64,000 nucleotides of DNA from contig CAUUVS010000002.1 in the NCBI GenBank assembly GCA_963548935.1, positions 51,921 to 115,920 on the forward strand. The letters are read 5' to 3'. Positions 28,073 to 37,349 of the stretch are shown in pieces. The DNA comes from an uncultured Bacteroidales bacterium (lineage in GTDB: Bacteria > Bacteroidota > Bacteroidia > Bacteroidales > UBA932). The notes beneath the pieces are model-generated. The model had not been told where the DNA came from and searched no databases. It saw only the letters and a list, made by a program, of their open reading frames with translations. The translations under genes and the position numbers were made by a program. The stretch's first letter is position 1, and every line of letters starts with the position of its first letter.

Positions 28073-30283
28073 TCAATGTAAATATTTGAACAATCCCCCG
28101 AACTCATCGGTTTCGCTTATATATCCCCAATATTTTTTTTGGTGATTATCCGGGAAAGTAACGGTGATGATGACGTATGATTTGTGGCTTCCCACAATAT
28201 AACGCCCGTCATGATATGGATACTGCGAGCCTGTGCGGTTAGTCCGGCGTATGTTTTTCCAAATAACTTTAGGAGATGAGACTGATAGATTAATGCTCTT
28301 CTCCACATCGTTCTCATAGTATTTGAATTCTGTTTCCCTTCCTCCGCTGATGACAGGATAGACAGCTCCATTTTCAGAATAATCAACCGATATGAAGGAG
28401 GAATAGTAATAGCATTCTCCGTCATAAGATGAAGTGTCCACTCCAAGGTCGGAACTGTATGTCCCACATCGATCCATAGGCTTGTATTTATATGGTTCAT
28501 ATAAATAATATAGACCTGAATGCTTGGGGATAGGATCGGGATTTGGTTTGACCATTCCTTCCTTGCATTCAGCCTGATATTTTCGTCCGTTTTTCAGAAT
28601 CACATTGATCAGAAGATAATAAGAATTATCATAATCGTGATGATCACCATATTGGTAAATGAAATCGATATCTATTTTTGCGAGATCTTTTTGATATTTG
28701 TATTCGTAAGAATAATCGCAAATATTTCCTTCAAAATCATATGGAATCCTCTTGCCATCCTTATAGTCATACCCCCAATCAATGATTTCCACAGTATAAT
28801 CTCCTACTGCAGGATCAAGCGTGATGCCATCAAAAGCGACATTCACATTATAACGGAAAGTGAGGCTTCCTCCGTTATGTTGTGCATTTGAAATATCTAA
28901 ATCATAGTAATCCACGGAAATTTCAGGAATTATGGAAATTTTAGTGTTGAATTTTCCCAGAACGGCTCCATACTCGTCCACTGCCGTGAATTCTATGTCA
29001 GAATCAGCAAGGCTGATGTCTCCTGTCGAGAACACAAGTGTGGACGGTCCCTTACCATATTCTTCGGAAGACTTCAGGCCACCGTCAGTGGGGTAAAACA
29101 CTTTCAGAGTAACACCAGCCCTTTTCAAAGCTTCTTTGTCAAAGACATACTTATATTTGATATTATCGGCGAAATCGTTGTCTACAAAGACACGGCCGAA
29201 CATCCGGAACTTTTTATTGCTACTGTTGAGCGATAATAAGTTAACTGGATCGGTGGCCCATGTCACAGGGCCGAAATCATTGAACTTGATATATGCCTTG
29301 GTGTAAGGATCTATTGGTTCGACTGTCCAATCGTCATTCTCAAGGAATGAATTGGTCATGGTAAGTATGATAGGTGTATTGTAATTCCTTTTTACACCGG
29401 CGAATTTGCCCTCGCCGAAATAATAGCGGCATTTTACATGATCGAATCCTGATGTTCCATCTTTCTTATGCACTTCTCCTAAAAACTCAAGATAAGAAGT
29501 GCATTTATAAGCATCCTTTTTCATATTGTATGGAGATCTTTTGTTGGGGGCATTGAAAACCTCTCCTTGGATATTCTCTATCATATAAATATCACCACCC
29601 TCCGAAGTTAATTCGGCCGGAGATAGATAATCTGCAACTTTGAACACTTCTAAATCATTGTTGGCTTTGGATTCCTCCGCGAAAGGTGAAATGACTTTAG
29701 CGCTGTTTCTTACAACGACCGACTTTAAATTGAATTCGTAATCGTTATCTTCGCTAAATTTGAACTTTAAGGAAAATCTTGAAACGAGACGTTTCAGTTG
29801 GAGACAGTGGTTTATTGAAGGATCCGAAGGCACGAAACTGAAGCGGTTTGCCATAGGAAATCCAGTTGTTTTGAATGTATCATAAGACTCAAAAGTGTAT
29901 CTGTATGAATCTGCATATGAACTGTTCTTAGGAGCGTCTAATTTTCCAAAATTAGAAATTATATAGATATCATATTTTTTGTTGAAGTCCGGAAATAGAT
30001 AATATCCGTTCACTTCATTTGGATTTGTAAAATATGTCTTGTAGTATGAGTCTCCGTTGACAAGCTTTCCTGTTACACTGTCATATACCCAGATGTTGAA
30101 ATCTGTCACCTTGTTGCCTACATCTTCAAAATTTGCTGATTTTGTTTCCGGAGTATTAAAAGTTCCGTCATAAGGGGATGCGGAAATTGTGAATATCTCA
30201 CTTTGTGACGCTTCATTGATTATAGACCTGCTGCAGGAACAAAGGGCTACAATTGAAAGTAAAGATATAAATATTCTTTTCAT
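28073..30283 (-). CDS. DUF4906-type fimbrial tip/accessory lipoprotein with large Tyr-rich C-terminal extension
   Basis: Lipobox LCSC, ETKS processing site, VTDFNIWVY, IYIISNFG, GFPMA, LKRLVSRF, YMIENIQG, YYFG and KRNY motifs; last gene of the fimbrial operon. Confidence 0.75.
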   Translation of the reverse strand: MKRIFISLLSIVALCSCSRSIINEASQSEIFTISASPYDGTFNTPETKSANFEDVGNKVTDFNIWVYDSVTGKLVNGDSYYKTYFTNPNEVNGYYLFPDFNKKYDIYIISNFGKLDAPKNSSYADSYRYTFESYDTFKTTGFPMANRFSFVPSDPSINHCLQLKRLVSRFSLKFKFSEDNDYEFNLKSVVVRNSAKVISPFAEESKANNDLEVFKVADYLSPAELTSEGGDIYMIENIQGEVFNAPNKRSPYNMKKDAYKCTSYLEFLGEVHKKDGTSGFDHVKCRYYFGEGKFAGVKRNYNTPIILTMTNSFLENDDWTVEPIDPYTKAYIKFNDFGPVTWATDPVNLLSLNSSNKKFRMFGRVFVDNDFADNIKYKYVFDKEALKRAGVTLKVFYPTDGGLKSSEEYGKGPSTLVFSTGDISLADSDIEFTAVDEYGAVLGKFNTKISIIPEISVDYYDLDISNAQHNGGSLTFRYNVNVAFDGITLDPAVGDYTVEIIDWGYDYKDGKRIPYDFEGNICDYSYEYKYQKDLAKIDIDFIYQYGDHHDYDNSYYLLINVILKNGRKYQAECKEGMVKPNPDPIPKHSGLYYLYEPYKYKPMDRCGTYSSDLGVDTSSYDGECYYYSSFISVDYSENGAVYPVISGGRETEFKYYENDVEKSINLSVSSPKVIWKNIRRTNRTGSQYPYHDGRYIVGSHKSYVIITVTFPDNHQKKYWGYISETDEFGGLFKYLH

Positions 30284-30319
30284 ATATAAATAAGTTAAAT
30301 AGTTTTTTATTATAGGATT

Positions 30320-31183
30320 TTATATAGTAATTTCTTTTTCTTCACCTTTATTCCAGTCGCTTATTTTGACAGATATCCCCACTTTTGCCCTGTCTATTTT
30401 TATGAAAGCATCTTTAAGATTCTGGGTGTCCCAGCTGTATTCGTTGTCTCTGAGCATTTCTCCAATAGGAATGCTATATGTTAGTTCTCCATTTTTATTA
30501 TGTAACAATATTCTCATCGAATAATCATTCTGACGAGGACAGATGAATCGGAATAATCTATTGCTTCTGCCAATGGTATCGAGGTCTTGGACGGGATGAA
30601 AGTCACCTCTTAAGGCCTTATCATGGTCTGACTTTAACAGTACGGACATTTTTCCGCCCGTAGGTTTTGAAGTGGTTATGTCAAGTCCGGAAGATAAGCA
30701 TTCTGCTGTTATGTCGAATTGATGCTTGGTGTTGGTAGGGTCTGGAAGTTCCACGGCTATCTCGGCAAAGGCTTTTCTTAGTCTGACTGTGTCTCTTGCT
30801 GTCTCTCCTGTGCAGTTAGCATGAGAATGATAAAAAAATATCCTGTCGAACTCTCCTCTTTCAGGTGCGAGGAGAGAGGCTGCATTTTTCGTGCATGCTT
30901 TTACACCTTTAAGGGCGCATATTGATATGATTCCTTTTTTCACGTCTTTCTGCCATCCTTTCGGAAAATTGTCAGGCTTGAGTCTGGTATCGGTCTCCAC
31001 GCTACTGTCTTCATTGATGAGTAGGAGACTGAGACATTCTTCAGGCACTACTCTTCTGCCATCGGATATGTCCAATGTTAGCCTGCATGGACATTGCTTT
31101 CTATCCTCTTTGACAGAGCATTCTGATACTGCTGTTATAGCTACCGTTAATAAAATATATGATAATATCTTTCTTGTGTTCAT
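30320..31183 (-). CDS. FimB/Mfa2-like fimbrial anchor lipoprotein
   Basis: CSVKEDRKQCPC N-terminus, V.LRK.F, CPRQ, Y.W and C-terminal ISDW, typical of Mfa2-like anchors. Alternative start 31219. Confidence 0.75.
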   Translation of the reverse strand: MNTRKILSYILLTVAITAVSECSVKEDRKQCPCRLTLDISDGRRVVPEECLSLLLINEDSSVETDTRLKPDNFPKGWQKDVKKGIISICALKGVKACTKNAASLLAPERGEFDRIFFYHSHANCTGETARDTVRLRKAFAEIAVELPDPTNTKHQFDITAECLSSGLDITTSKPTGGKMSVLLKSDHDKALRGDFHPVQDLDTIGRSNRLFRFICPRQNDYSMRILLHNKNGELTYSIPIGEMLRDNEYSWDTQNLKDAFIKIDRAKVGISVKISDWNKGEEKEITI

Positions 31184-31239
31184 TGCTAAAGGTTTGTTGG
31201 TGGCTGCAATGCTATCCATTGCCTTTATATATAATGAGA

Positions 31240-32229
31240 TTAAATAGTAATATTCAATGTCTCACCTGTTGTCCAGTCTATGACATTCACTTTAAAACCA
31301 CAGTCACCGGTAATAACCGGAATATTGGGATTATCTGATCCGGGACGTTTAATTATAAGATTTTTTATGTCATATAATGTGTTTGCCTTGATTTTATCGG
31401 CAAATGTCAAAGGGTAATAGTATGTCTTGTTTCCAAGAGTGGCTTCCACAACAATACGTGTCTTGTTGTATTCAATTGTAGAGTAGTTCGGATAGACATA
31501 GAAGCTCTTGTCAATTGAAATTGGCGCAGCTCCATTGGTTACAGCCATAGGTGATGCCGGCTGATAAAGGAGAAGAGTCTTGGCGTTTGCTGCGAGACCG
31601 GTGTTAAGTTTGGCCTTATTTATAGCTGGCGCCATGACTGTGGAAGGATATGTAATCTGATATTTTTCAGTAATATTGATAGCATATATTTTTGTTACTT
31701 TGAACGGCATCTTTTTGTATGCCTTATCTTGGAAATCTGTCTTTATGCCATTGAAGTGAATCTTAGCTACGGCCCTTTGCACTGAAATCTGTACGGTTGC
31801 GTTTGACGCTGACACGTTATGTGTGGTTTTGCCTATCATTTGGAAGCCGTTCATTTTCTCATCAGAGAAAGCGAATGTCTTTCCCCTAAGCTCGTTTTCA
31901 GTCTTGACCGAACATAGATCGGTAGGGAAATTCACTACCGCATATATGTTTCTTTGGCCTGCCGTACAGGAGATTCCTGAAATAGGAGATGATGATTCCC
32001 TCTTATAGGCATCAAGAGTACCGTCCGGGCGAAATACGAGAATCTGGATGTCATTTACCTTAGACTCTTCGGGAGTATCCGCAGTGGTCACTCTTGTTTG
32101 TGGTACATCCACATTGATCGTGAGTTGCACTTTTTCGCCAAGAAGAGAAGGAGAAGCTGATGGAATCTCCTTTCTGCAGGAGAGCATCGCTATTGCGGTC
32201 ATAGCCGCGAAAATGAGTTTTGTTTTCAT
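31240..32229 (-). CDS. Major fimbrial subunit-like (FimA/Mfa1-type) lipoprotein
   Basis: Lipobox MLSC, QTRV processing site, ESKVNDIQILVF, IYAVVN, QRAVAKI, YYYP, ANTLY and VIDW C-terminal strand. Confidence 0.8.
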   Translation of the reverse strand: MKTKLIFAAMTAIAMLSCRKEIPSASPSLLGEKVQLTINVDVPQTRVTTADTPEESKVNDIQILVFRPDGTLDAYKRESSSPISGISCTAGQRNIYAVVNFPTDLCSVKTENELRGKTFAFSDEKMNGFQMIGKTTHNVSASNATVQISVQRAVAKIHFNGIKTDFQDKAYKKMPFKVTKIYAINITEKYQITYPSTVMAPAINKAKLNTGLAANAKTLLLYQPASPMAVTNGAAPISIDKSFYVYPNYSTIEYNKTRIVVEATLGNKTYYYPLTFADKIKANTLYDIKNLIIKRPGSDNPNIPVITGDCGFKVNVIDWTTGETLNITI

Positions 32230-32382
32230 AGGGAAAATTTTGTTAGTTATATAAAATGATCTGAAAAATAATCTCTTGAATGACAATATTTTTAATTATT
32301 GGCAAGACTATCGTATTCCTTAGCAAAATTTGCTATGGGAAATTTATTTGAGCGGAGGCTTATTCCTAAATAACAGTTTACT

Positions 32383-33459
32383 TTATTTGCCTGAAATAAT
32401 TATATTATTCGAAATCAAAGGTTCAGAATTTGATTTATTTTTCTCCTTTAGAATTTGTGTGTTCTCACGATAAGAATTGCACCAGTCTCCCGGAGTTGTT
32501 TTCATTACTATTTTGAAAGCATTATTAAATGTTACAGGGTTATTGAATCCGGAAAGTCCCATAAGATCTGCTACCTTCATTTTAGGATTTTTCTTGAAAA
32601 GCTCCATTGCATGATGGACTCGATAATTATTTATTAATGTGTTGAAATTCATGCCGGTGCATCTGTTTATCGTTTTTGATAAGTAGCCTCTATTGGTGTA
32701 AAGTATTCTCGATAAATCATCAATGGTGAAAGATGGTGATAGATAAAGTTTCTCTTCTTTCATTTTGTCGCACATGCGGTTATATAGACTATTCAGTTCA
32801 TCATTATCTGAAGATTTTCTTTTTGGCTCAAAAGACAATCCTATCTTGTTGTTAAGTTCATCTTTGACATGTGTTTTACAGATCAATTGCATATTCTTTA
32901 TACTTCTTATATATAGAAATAGGAAGAATACCGAAGTTGAAATAAATAATAATATTAAAATTATTGTTGGTATTATTTTGTAATAAATGATAAATACCGA
33001 TGAAATTGCAAGCGGCTGAAATATTATAGCAAAAGAGATTCTAAGATACCCCATTGCTGCATCACAGCCGGAAATTGTGGATGATATATACTTTTGATCC
33101 CGAACTTTATTTTTTACTCTTGGTATTATACATATTTGGATAGGGATAATTATAATAAGGGAATATAATATATATGGAATATTATATGCTCCCTCTGACA
33201 ATATAGTTGAAATGCAAAGGTCAATAAAATCCCATAAAAGAGTAATAGATGTCAATATAAGTACCATTTTACTTTCTTCTAAAAAGAATTGCAGCATAAT
33301 GATGGCACTACAAGACAATAGCATAATACGTTGTATGTCTTCTATCCTTAATGTGTGAAAAACAATAAACCTTAGAGTTGCGGACAATAATGGCATTATG
33401 ACGCATAATATTCTAAGCGTTTTTAATTGCGATAGTTTTTTCTTTTCGATTCGGCTCAT
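32383..33459 (-). CDS. Membrane-anchored AraC-family transcriptional regulator
   Basis: About 6 hydrophobic helices, then LYLSP.FTIDDLS..LYTNRGYLS, INNYRV and SGFNN...F...FK....TP HTH. Start uncertain (33459 or 33492). Confidence 0.85.
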   Translation of the reverse strand: MSRIEKKKLSQLKTLRILCVIMPLLSATLRFIVFHTLRIEDIQRIMLLSCSAIIMLQFFLEESKMVLILTSITLLWDFIDLCISTILSEGAYNIPYILYSLIIIIPIQICIIPRVKNKVRDQKYISSTISGCDAAMGYLRISFAIIFQPLAISSVFIIYYKIIPTIILILLFISTSVFFLFLYIRSIKNMQLICKTHVKDELNNKIGLSFEPKRKSSDNDELNSLYNRMCDKMKEEKLYLSPSFTIDDLSRILYTNRGYLSKTINRCTGMNFNTLINNYRVHHAMELFKKNPKMKVADLMGLSGFNNPVTFNNAFKIVMKTTPGDWCNSYRENTQILKEKNKSNSEPLISNNIIISGK

Positions 33460-33679
33460 AATCGTTGTTATTAATAACTCAAAGGTACTCAAAAAAATAA
33501 GGTTAGAGTTATAGAGTGACTCCGGATTTTGTCGTTTTTGCTAATTCTTTAATAGTTTTGATTAAAAAGGCTTAAATTTTTACGATTCTTTAATTTAATT
33601 CACGTAGATAATGTGGAATTGTGTCTACTTTGATCTTATATGATCTTATTGAAATTAGGTTTATTTCCCATAAATATTA

Positions 33680-34423
33680 TTATTTTAATTCAAGATAATG
33701 CTTCCGTTGTATTTCTTCTAACTTTTCAATAGAATATCGTAGCATTGTTCTCGGCATTTCAAGAGCAAACTTATCCAAAAATGCTATCAGCTTTTGCTTA
33801 TTTCTCTTTCCCGCCTCTCTGAGCATCCAACCTACAGCCTTATGGATAAGGTCATGTGTATTATGCAGTAGCTTTTCGGAAATTTTGAAGGTGTCTTCCA
33901 GATCACCTGTCCTTATAAATGCAAAAGTTGATACTATAGAAATGCGTTGATCCCAAATTAATTGACTGTCTGCTAATTGATATATGATGCTGCGGTCTTT
34001 ATCTATAATGTATTTTCCTATGATAGTCGGAGCGGTTAGATCTACTAAATCCCAGTTGTTGATTCGCTCAGTATGACTAAGATAGAATTCGAAATAATCT
34101 TTCTTTATAGCTTCAGCATCTTTAAGACTATGAGTTTTTAACCATGTGTTTTTACTGATCTTTACAATATGCTCTACCATTATAAGAAGTCCGCACATTC
34201 TTATTTCATGCCAAGGGGAGGATAGGAGTTTCTCAAGATCTTCAAGTTTGACTCCTGAATATCTGTAGGCAACTTTTCTTATGTTCGGTACTGTTACTCC
34301 GAGAAATTTGTCTCCTTCACCATATTGTCCCTTTTCCGTCTTAAAAAATCGCTGAAGAGTCTCTTTTCTGTCAGGTTCCGACAAAGCAATCAATTCTGAT
34401 ATGATAATTTCAGTATAATTCAT
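33680..34423 (-). CDS. DNA alkylation repair protein (AlkD-like)
   Basis: FFKT..GQYGEGD.FLGV.VP, NNWDLVD, HKAVGWMLREAGKR and MPRTMLRY.IE. Confidence 0.9.
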   Translation of the reverse strand: MNYTEIIISELIALSEPDRKETLQRFFKTEKGQYGEGDKFLGVTVPNIRKVAYRYSGVKLEDLEKLLSSPWHEIRMCGLLIMVEHIVKISKNTWLKTHSLKDAEAIKKDYFEFYLSHTERINNWDLVDLTAPTIIGKYIIDKDRSIIYQLADSQLIWDQRISIVSTFAFIRTGDLEDTFKISEKLLHNTHDLIHKAVGWMLREAGKRNKQKLIAFLDKFALEMPRTMLRYSIEKLEEIQRKHYLELK

Positions 34424-34742
34424 AATAAATAATATTTTAAAACCAAGATAGTTATTTTTTATGATTCATGTCGGTTATCATAGCATGAAGCCTAATAGGG
34501 GGAGCAGGTTATTACATTAGGCTTGTTCCATATGATTTTATGTCATCTGTTTAGTCATTCCGATATTAAATTGTATAAGTGGAAAAATTAAAAGTATATG
34601 AATCTTTTCTCATTATCTTATTAATAATCAGCAAATTCATGTTAAATATTTATAAATAATAGCGATGACTTAAGATTTTTACAAATCTTAACTTGTTGCA
34701 TCTTTTCAATATCTATATTGTCACCAATAAAAATAATTTGAT

Positions 34743-35831
34743 ATGAAGAGACTATTTTTTTTAAAGCCGGTCAAGCTATTTGTCCTATTTACAATTGTAT
34801 TTTTTAACACAGTTGCCTGTAATATCCTTAAGGACGAGCAGGAGGGGAGACTAAACATCTGTTTCTCCCTTAATTCATATTCCGATACCAAAGCTATATC
34901 GGAAATGCCTGATACAAGTGAGTTCCTTCTTGACATTAAAGGGCCTGATGGAAATGTTGTATATAAAGGCAAATTTGCTGATTCTCCTGAACATATTATG
35001 GTTAAACCCGGCTCTTATATTATTTCAGTTCGCTCAACCGATAGCACAAAACCTTGTTTTTCAAAACCTATTTATGGCGATGAGCAGTGTGTTGTTGTGC
35101 CTCCTGGAGGCGTTGGTAGGGCTGTAATGTGTTGTCGGCTGATTAATTGTGGTATACGTTTGCGTATTGCCCCTGATTTTTTGACATCATATCCCGAAGG
35201 TGTCCTTTATCTTAAATCAAAAGATGGCAGTTTGATGTATGGTTATTCTGAGAAAAGGATTGCATATTTCAATCCCGGGGAGATTTCATTTGTATTGTAT
35301 AATACCGGTGAAGAAAAAACTTTGTTTAAAAGGATTATGAAGTCGAGAGATATGCTGGATATGGGTATATCGGCTCCAAATAGTTCTATATCGGAATGGA
35401 AAAGGGATATTGAAATCTCTATTGACACTTCCGGCAACTGGATATCCGATCATTTTATAATAGGCGGTAGCAATAAGAAAGGAGATACCAAGGAATCTGC
35501 ATATACTGTTTCAGAGGCAAAAACTTGTTTGGGAGCTAAAGGAAAATGGGTTTGTGGTTTTATTGTAGGCTCTTTCAAATCTCCAAACAATCTTATTATA
35601 GAGCCACCTTTTTATTCTTCAACAAATATTGCAATAGCCGGAAGAAGAAAAATTTCTGACAAGAAATCATGTTTATCTGTTGAATTAAAGAAAGGAAAAA
35701 TGCGAGAAGCACTGAATCTTCAGAGTTTTCCTTCTAATCTCGGGCGTAAAATATATATTAAGGGAGATATTGTAGAGTCATATTACGGCATTCCCGGTAT
35801 AAAAAATGTTTCAGAATATGAATTTAAATAA
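34743..35831 (+). CDS. Lipoprotein, DUF4493-like N-terminal plus DUF6359-like C-terminal domain
   Basis: Lipobox VAC, DTKA site, F..P.YG; C-terminal AYTVSEA, WVCGFIVG, TNIAIA, LNL...P.NLG and YYG.PG.K. Confidence 0.65.
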   Translation: MKRLFFLKPVKLFVLFTIVFFNTVACNILKDEQEGRLNICFSLNSYSDTKAISEMPDTSEFLLDIKGPDGNVVYKGKFADSPEHIMVKPGSYIISVRSTDSTKPCFSKPIYGDEQCVVVPPGGVGRAVMCCRLINCGIRLRIAPDFLTSYPEGVLYLKSKDGSLMYGYSEKRIAYFNPGEISFVLYNTGEEKTLFKRIMKSRDMLDMGISAPNSSISEWKRDIEISIDTSGNWISDHFIIGGSNKKGDTKESAYTVSEAKTCLGAKGKWVCGFIVGSFKSPNNLIIEPPFYSSTNIAIAGRRKISDKKSCLSVELKKGKMREALNLQSFPSNLGRKIYIKGDIVESYYGIPGIKNVSEYEFK

Positions 35832-35857
35832 TCAGGTCTTTAGGTAACAATATATAA

Positions 35858-35894
35858 TAAACACTGACCGAGAAAATGGTCAGTGTTTAAAAAA
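35858..35894. terminator. Bidirectional terminator between lipoprotein gene and tRNA-Gly
   Basis: 12-bp inverted repeat taaacactgacc/ggtcagtgttta. Confidence 0.75.
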
Positions 35895-35895
35895 G

Positions 35896-35968
35896 AGCGG
35901 AATACGGGGCTCGGACCCGCGACCTTCGGCTTGGGAAGCCAACGCTCTACCAGCTGAGCTAATTCCGC
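35896..35968 (-). tRNA. tRNA-Gly (anticodon CCC)
   Basis: GCGGAATTAGCTCAGCTGGTAGAGCGTTGGCTTCCCAAGCCGAAGGTCGCGGGTCCGAGCCCCGTATTCCGCT folds to a 73-nt cloverleaf; loop TTCCCAA; CCA not fully encoded; -7 promoter TATATTTG at 36009-36016. Confidence 0.95.
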
Positions 35969-36015
35969 ATATTTGCAAACCTCTTCTTGGATTCCCAAGA
36001 GAGGTTTGCAAATAT
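35969..36015. repeat. Long inverted repeat abutting tRNA-Gly 5' end
   Basis: atatttgcaaacctc(t)tcttgg / ccaagagaggtttgcaaatat: 15 bp plus 6 bp perfect arms with one bulge. Confidence 0.85.
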
Positions 36016-36071
36016 AATAAAATTCCTATAAAGAGTAAATAAATGCCTTTATTTTTTAGGCTATAATGAGT

Positions 36072-37277
36072 TTATTCTGTATAAAATTTTATAAGCCTGA
36101 CAATCAATTCATTCAGCTTTTCTACTTGAAATTTACCTACACTCGGCTCTGTGTGCTGTCCTCCTACCCCACTGTCATCAGTGATAAATACATAAGTCCC
36201 CCCAGTAGCAATTGCAAAAAATCGCAGCATGAATTCAGTATTCTTGTCAGCGCCGCTTGCTGCAATAGGAATGAGCGATATGCCGTTTTTGGCATAATTT
36301 GCAATTGATGAATGCAGACTGTTAATCACATCGGTATTATGGTGTGCAGGCGCATCTAAAAGCATAAATGCAATTTTGCTGCTTGCATTTTCATCCCAAG
36401 AGAGTTCTTGCAAAGCCTTTTCAAGTGCTATATGTACAGCTTCAGGGTAATCCCCGCCACCATTTGCGCTTTGCTCTGAAATGAATTTTCTTGTATTTTC
36501 AGGTTTATCAGTAAAATCGGAAAATTTTGTTACATAATCATCTCCTTCGTCCCTATAGAAAAGGGTGGCTGTCCGAAGAGGAGCAGATGTTTTTTGAGCA
36601 GCTTTGTTGATAATATCCATAAGGTCTTCTTTCAAGAAAGCAATTTCATCTGACATAGAGCCTGTCGCATCTACAATAAATGCAATATCTGCTTTTTTCT
36701 TGGCAGGAGCAATTGCATTGATTTTATATACATTATATATTTTTTCTTCAGTCTTGGCCTCTAATTCTGCTATAGGAACATTAAAAGGCAATTTGGTGAC
36801 AAGAGGAGCGTCTTTTTGCCAGATTCCATTTATTTTAATTCCAAGATTTTCTTGTTTTATTTCAATATCTTTGTCAAATAGTCCTAACCAGCAGTTGGCA
36901 AGGCCATGATTGTCAGTAATTGCAAGCCAAGCCGGTTTTTCCGATTTATTAGCATATAGTTCCACTTTGGCTCCGGCAACAGGTTTGTCGCTATTATCAA
37001 TGATTTTTACGGCAACACGGTATTTGGTATAGAAACCCCAATAGTCAGGCATGTTGCCGTATGTGTTGCCGGTAATCAACATACCCCAGTAATTCCAATG
37101 ATTGAGGTCATTCCATTCACCTGCAGTGACAACACCTGCAGAACCATGACTCTGACCGTTTTCGATAGCTCTCGGATGACCGGAATAATCAGAAAACCCT
37201 TTTGAACAGGAAATAGGTAAAATAATGTTAAGACTCAGAATGAGACAGGATACATTTCTTGTAATTGTGTATTTCAT
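36072..37277 (-). CDS. VWA-domain lipoprotein with carboxypeptidase-regulatory-like domain
   Basis: Lipobox PISC, TAGEWNDL, PV.GA.V.L, MIDAS DATGSM, GGGDYPEA, LDAPAH and TGGTYVF. Alternative start 37295. Confidence 0.85.
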   Translation of the reverse strand: MKYTITRNVSCLILSLNIILPISCSKGFSDYSGHPRAIENGQSHGSAGVVTAGEWNDLNHWNYWGMLITGNTYGNMPDYWGFYTKYRVAVKIIDNSDKPVAGAKVELYANKSEKPAWLAITDNHGLANCWLGLFDKDIEIKQENLGIKINGIWQKDAPLVTKLPFNVPIAELEAKTEEKIYNVYKINAIAPAKKKADIAFIVDATGSMSDEIAFLKEDLMDIINKAAQKTSAPLRTATLFYRDEGDDYVTKFSDFTDKPENTRKFISEQSANGGGDYPEAVHIALEKALQELSWDENASSKIAFMLLDAPAHHNTDVINSLHSSIANYAKNGISLIPIAASGADKNTEFMLRFFAIATGGTYVFITDDSGVGGQHTEPSVGKFQVEKLNELIVRLIKFYTE

Positions 37278-37298
37278 AGAATCAATGTTTAACATTTA

Positions 37299-37328
37299 TT
37301 AGATGCAGAAAATCATTTGAACGTTGCA
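37299..37328 (-). promoter_or_regulatory. Putative ECF-sigma promoter for the VWA lipoprotein
   Basis: TGCAAC-N17-CATCTAA on the minus strand about 20 nt before the start. Confidence 0.45.
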
Positions 37329-37349
37329 TGGATAGCCGAATATTAGAGT

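Noticed and set aside
33631..33649. Tandem TGATCTTAT direct repeat upstream of the AraC gene
   Set aside because: Only two short AT-rich copies; not enough to call an operator.
34755..34762. T8/A8 homopolymers as phase-variation tracts (also 28133-28140 and the mltG start)
   Set aside because: Runs of 8 are expected in AT-rich DNA, and the frames are intact.
26340..35895. Genomic island integrated at tRNA-Gly containing the fimbrial genes
   Set aside because: I found no duplicated tRNA 3' end (att repeat) and no integrase in the window.
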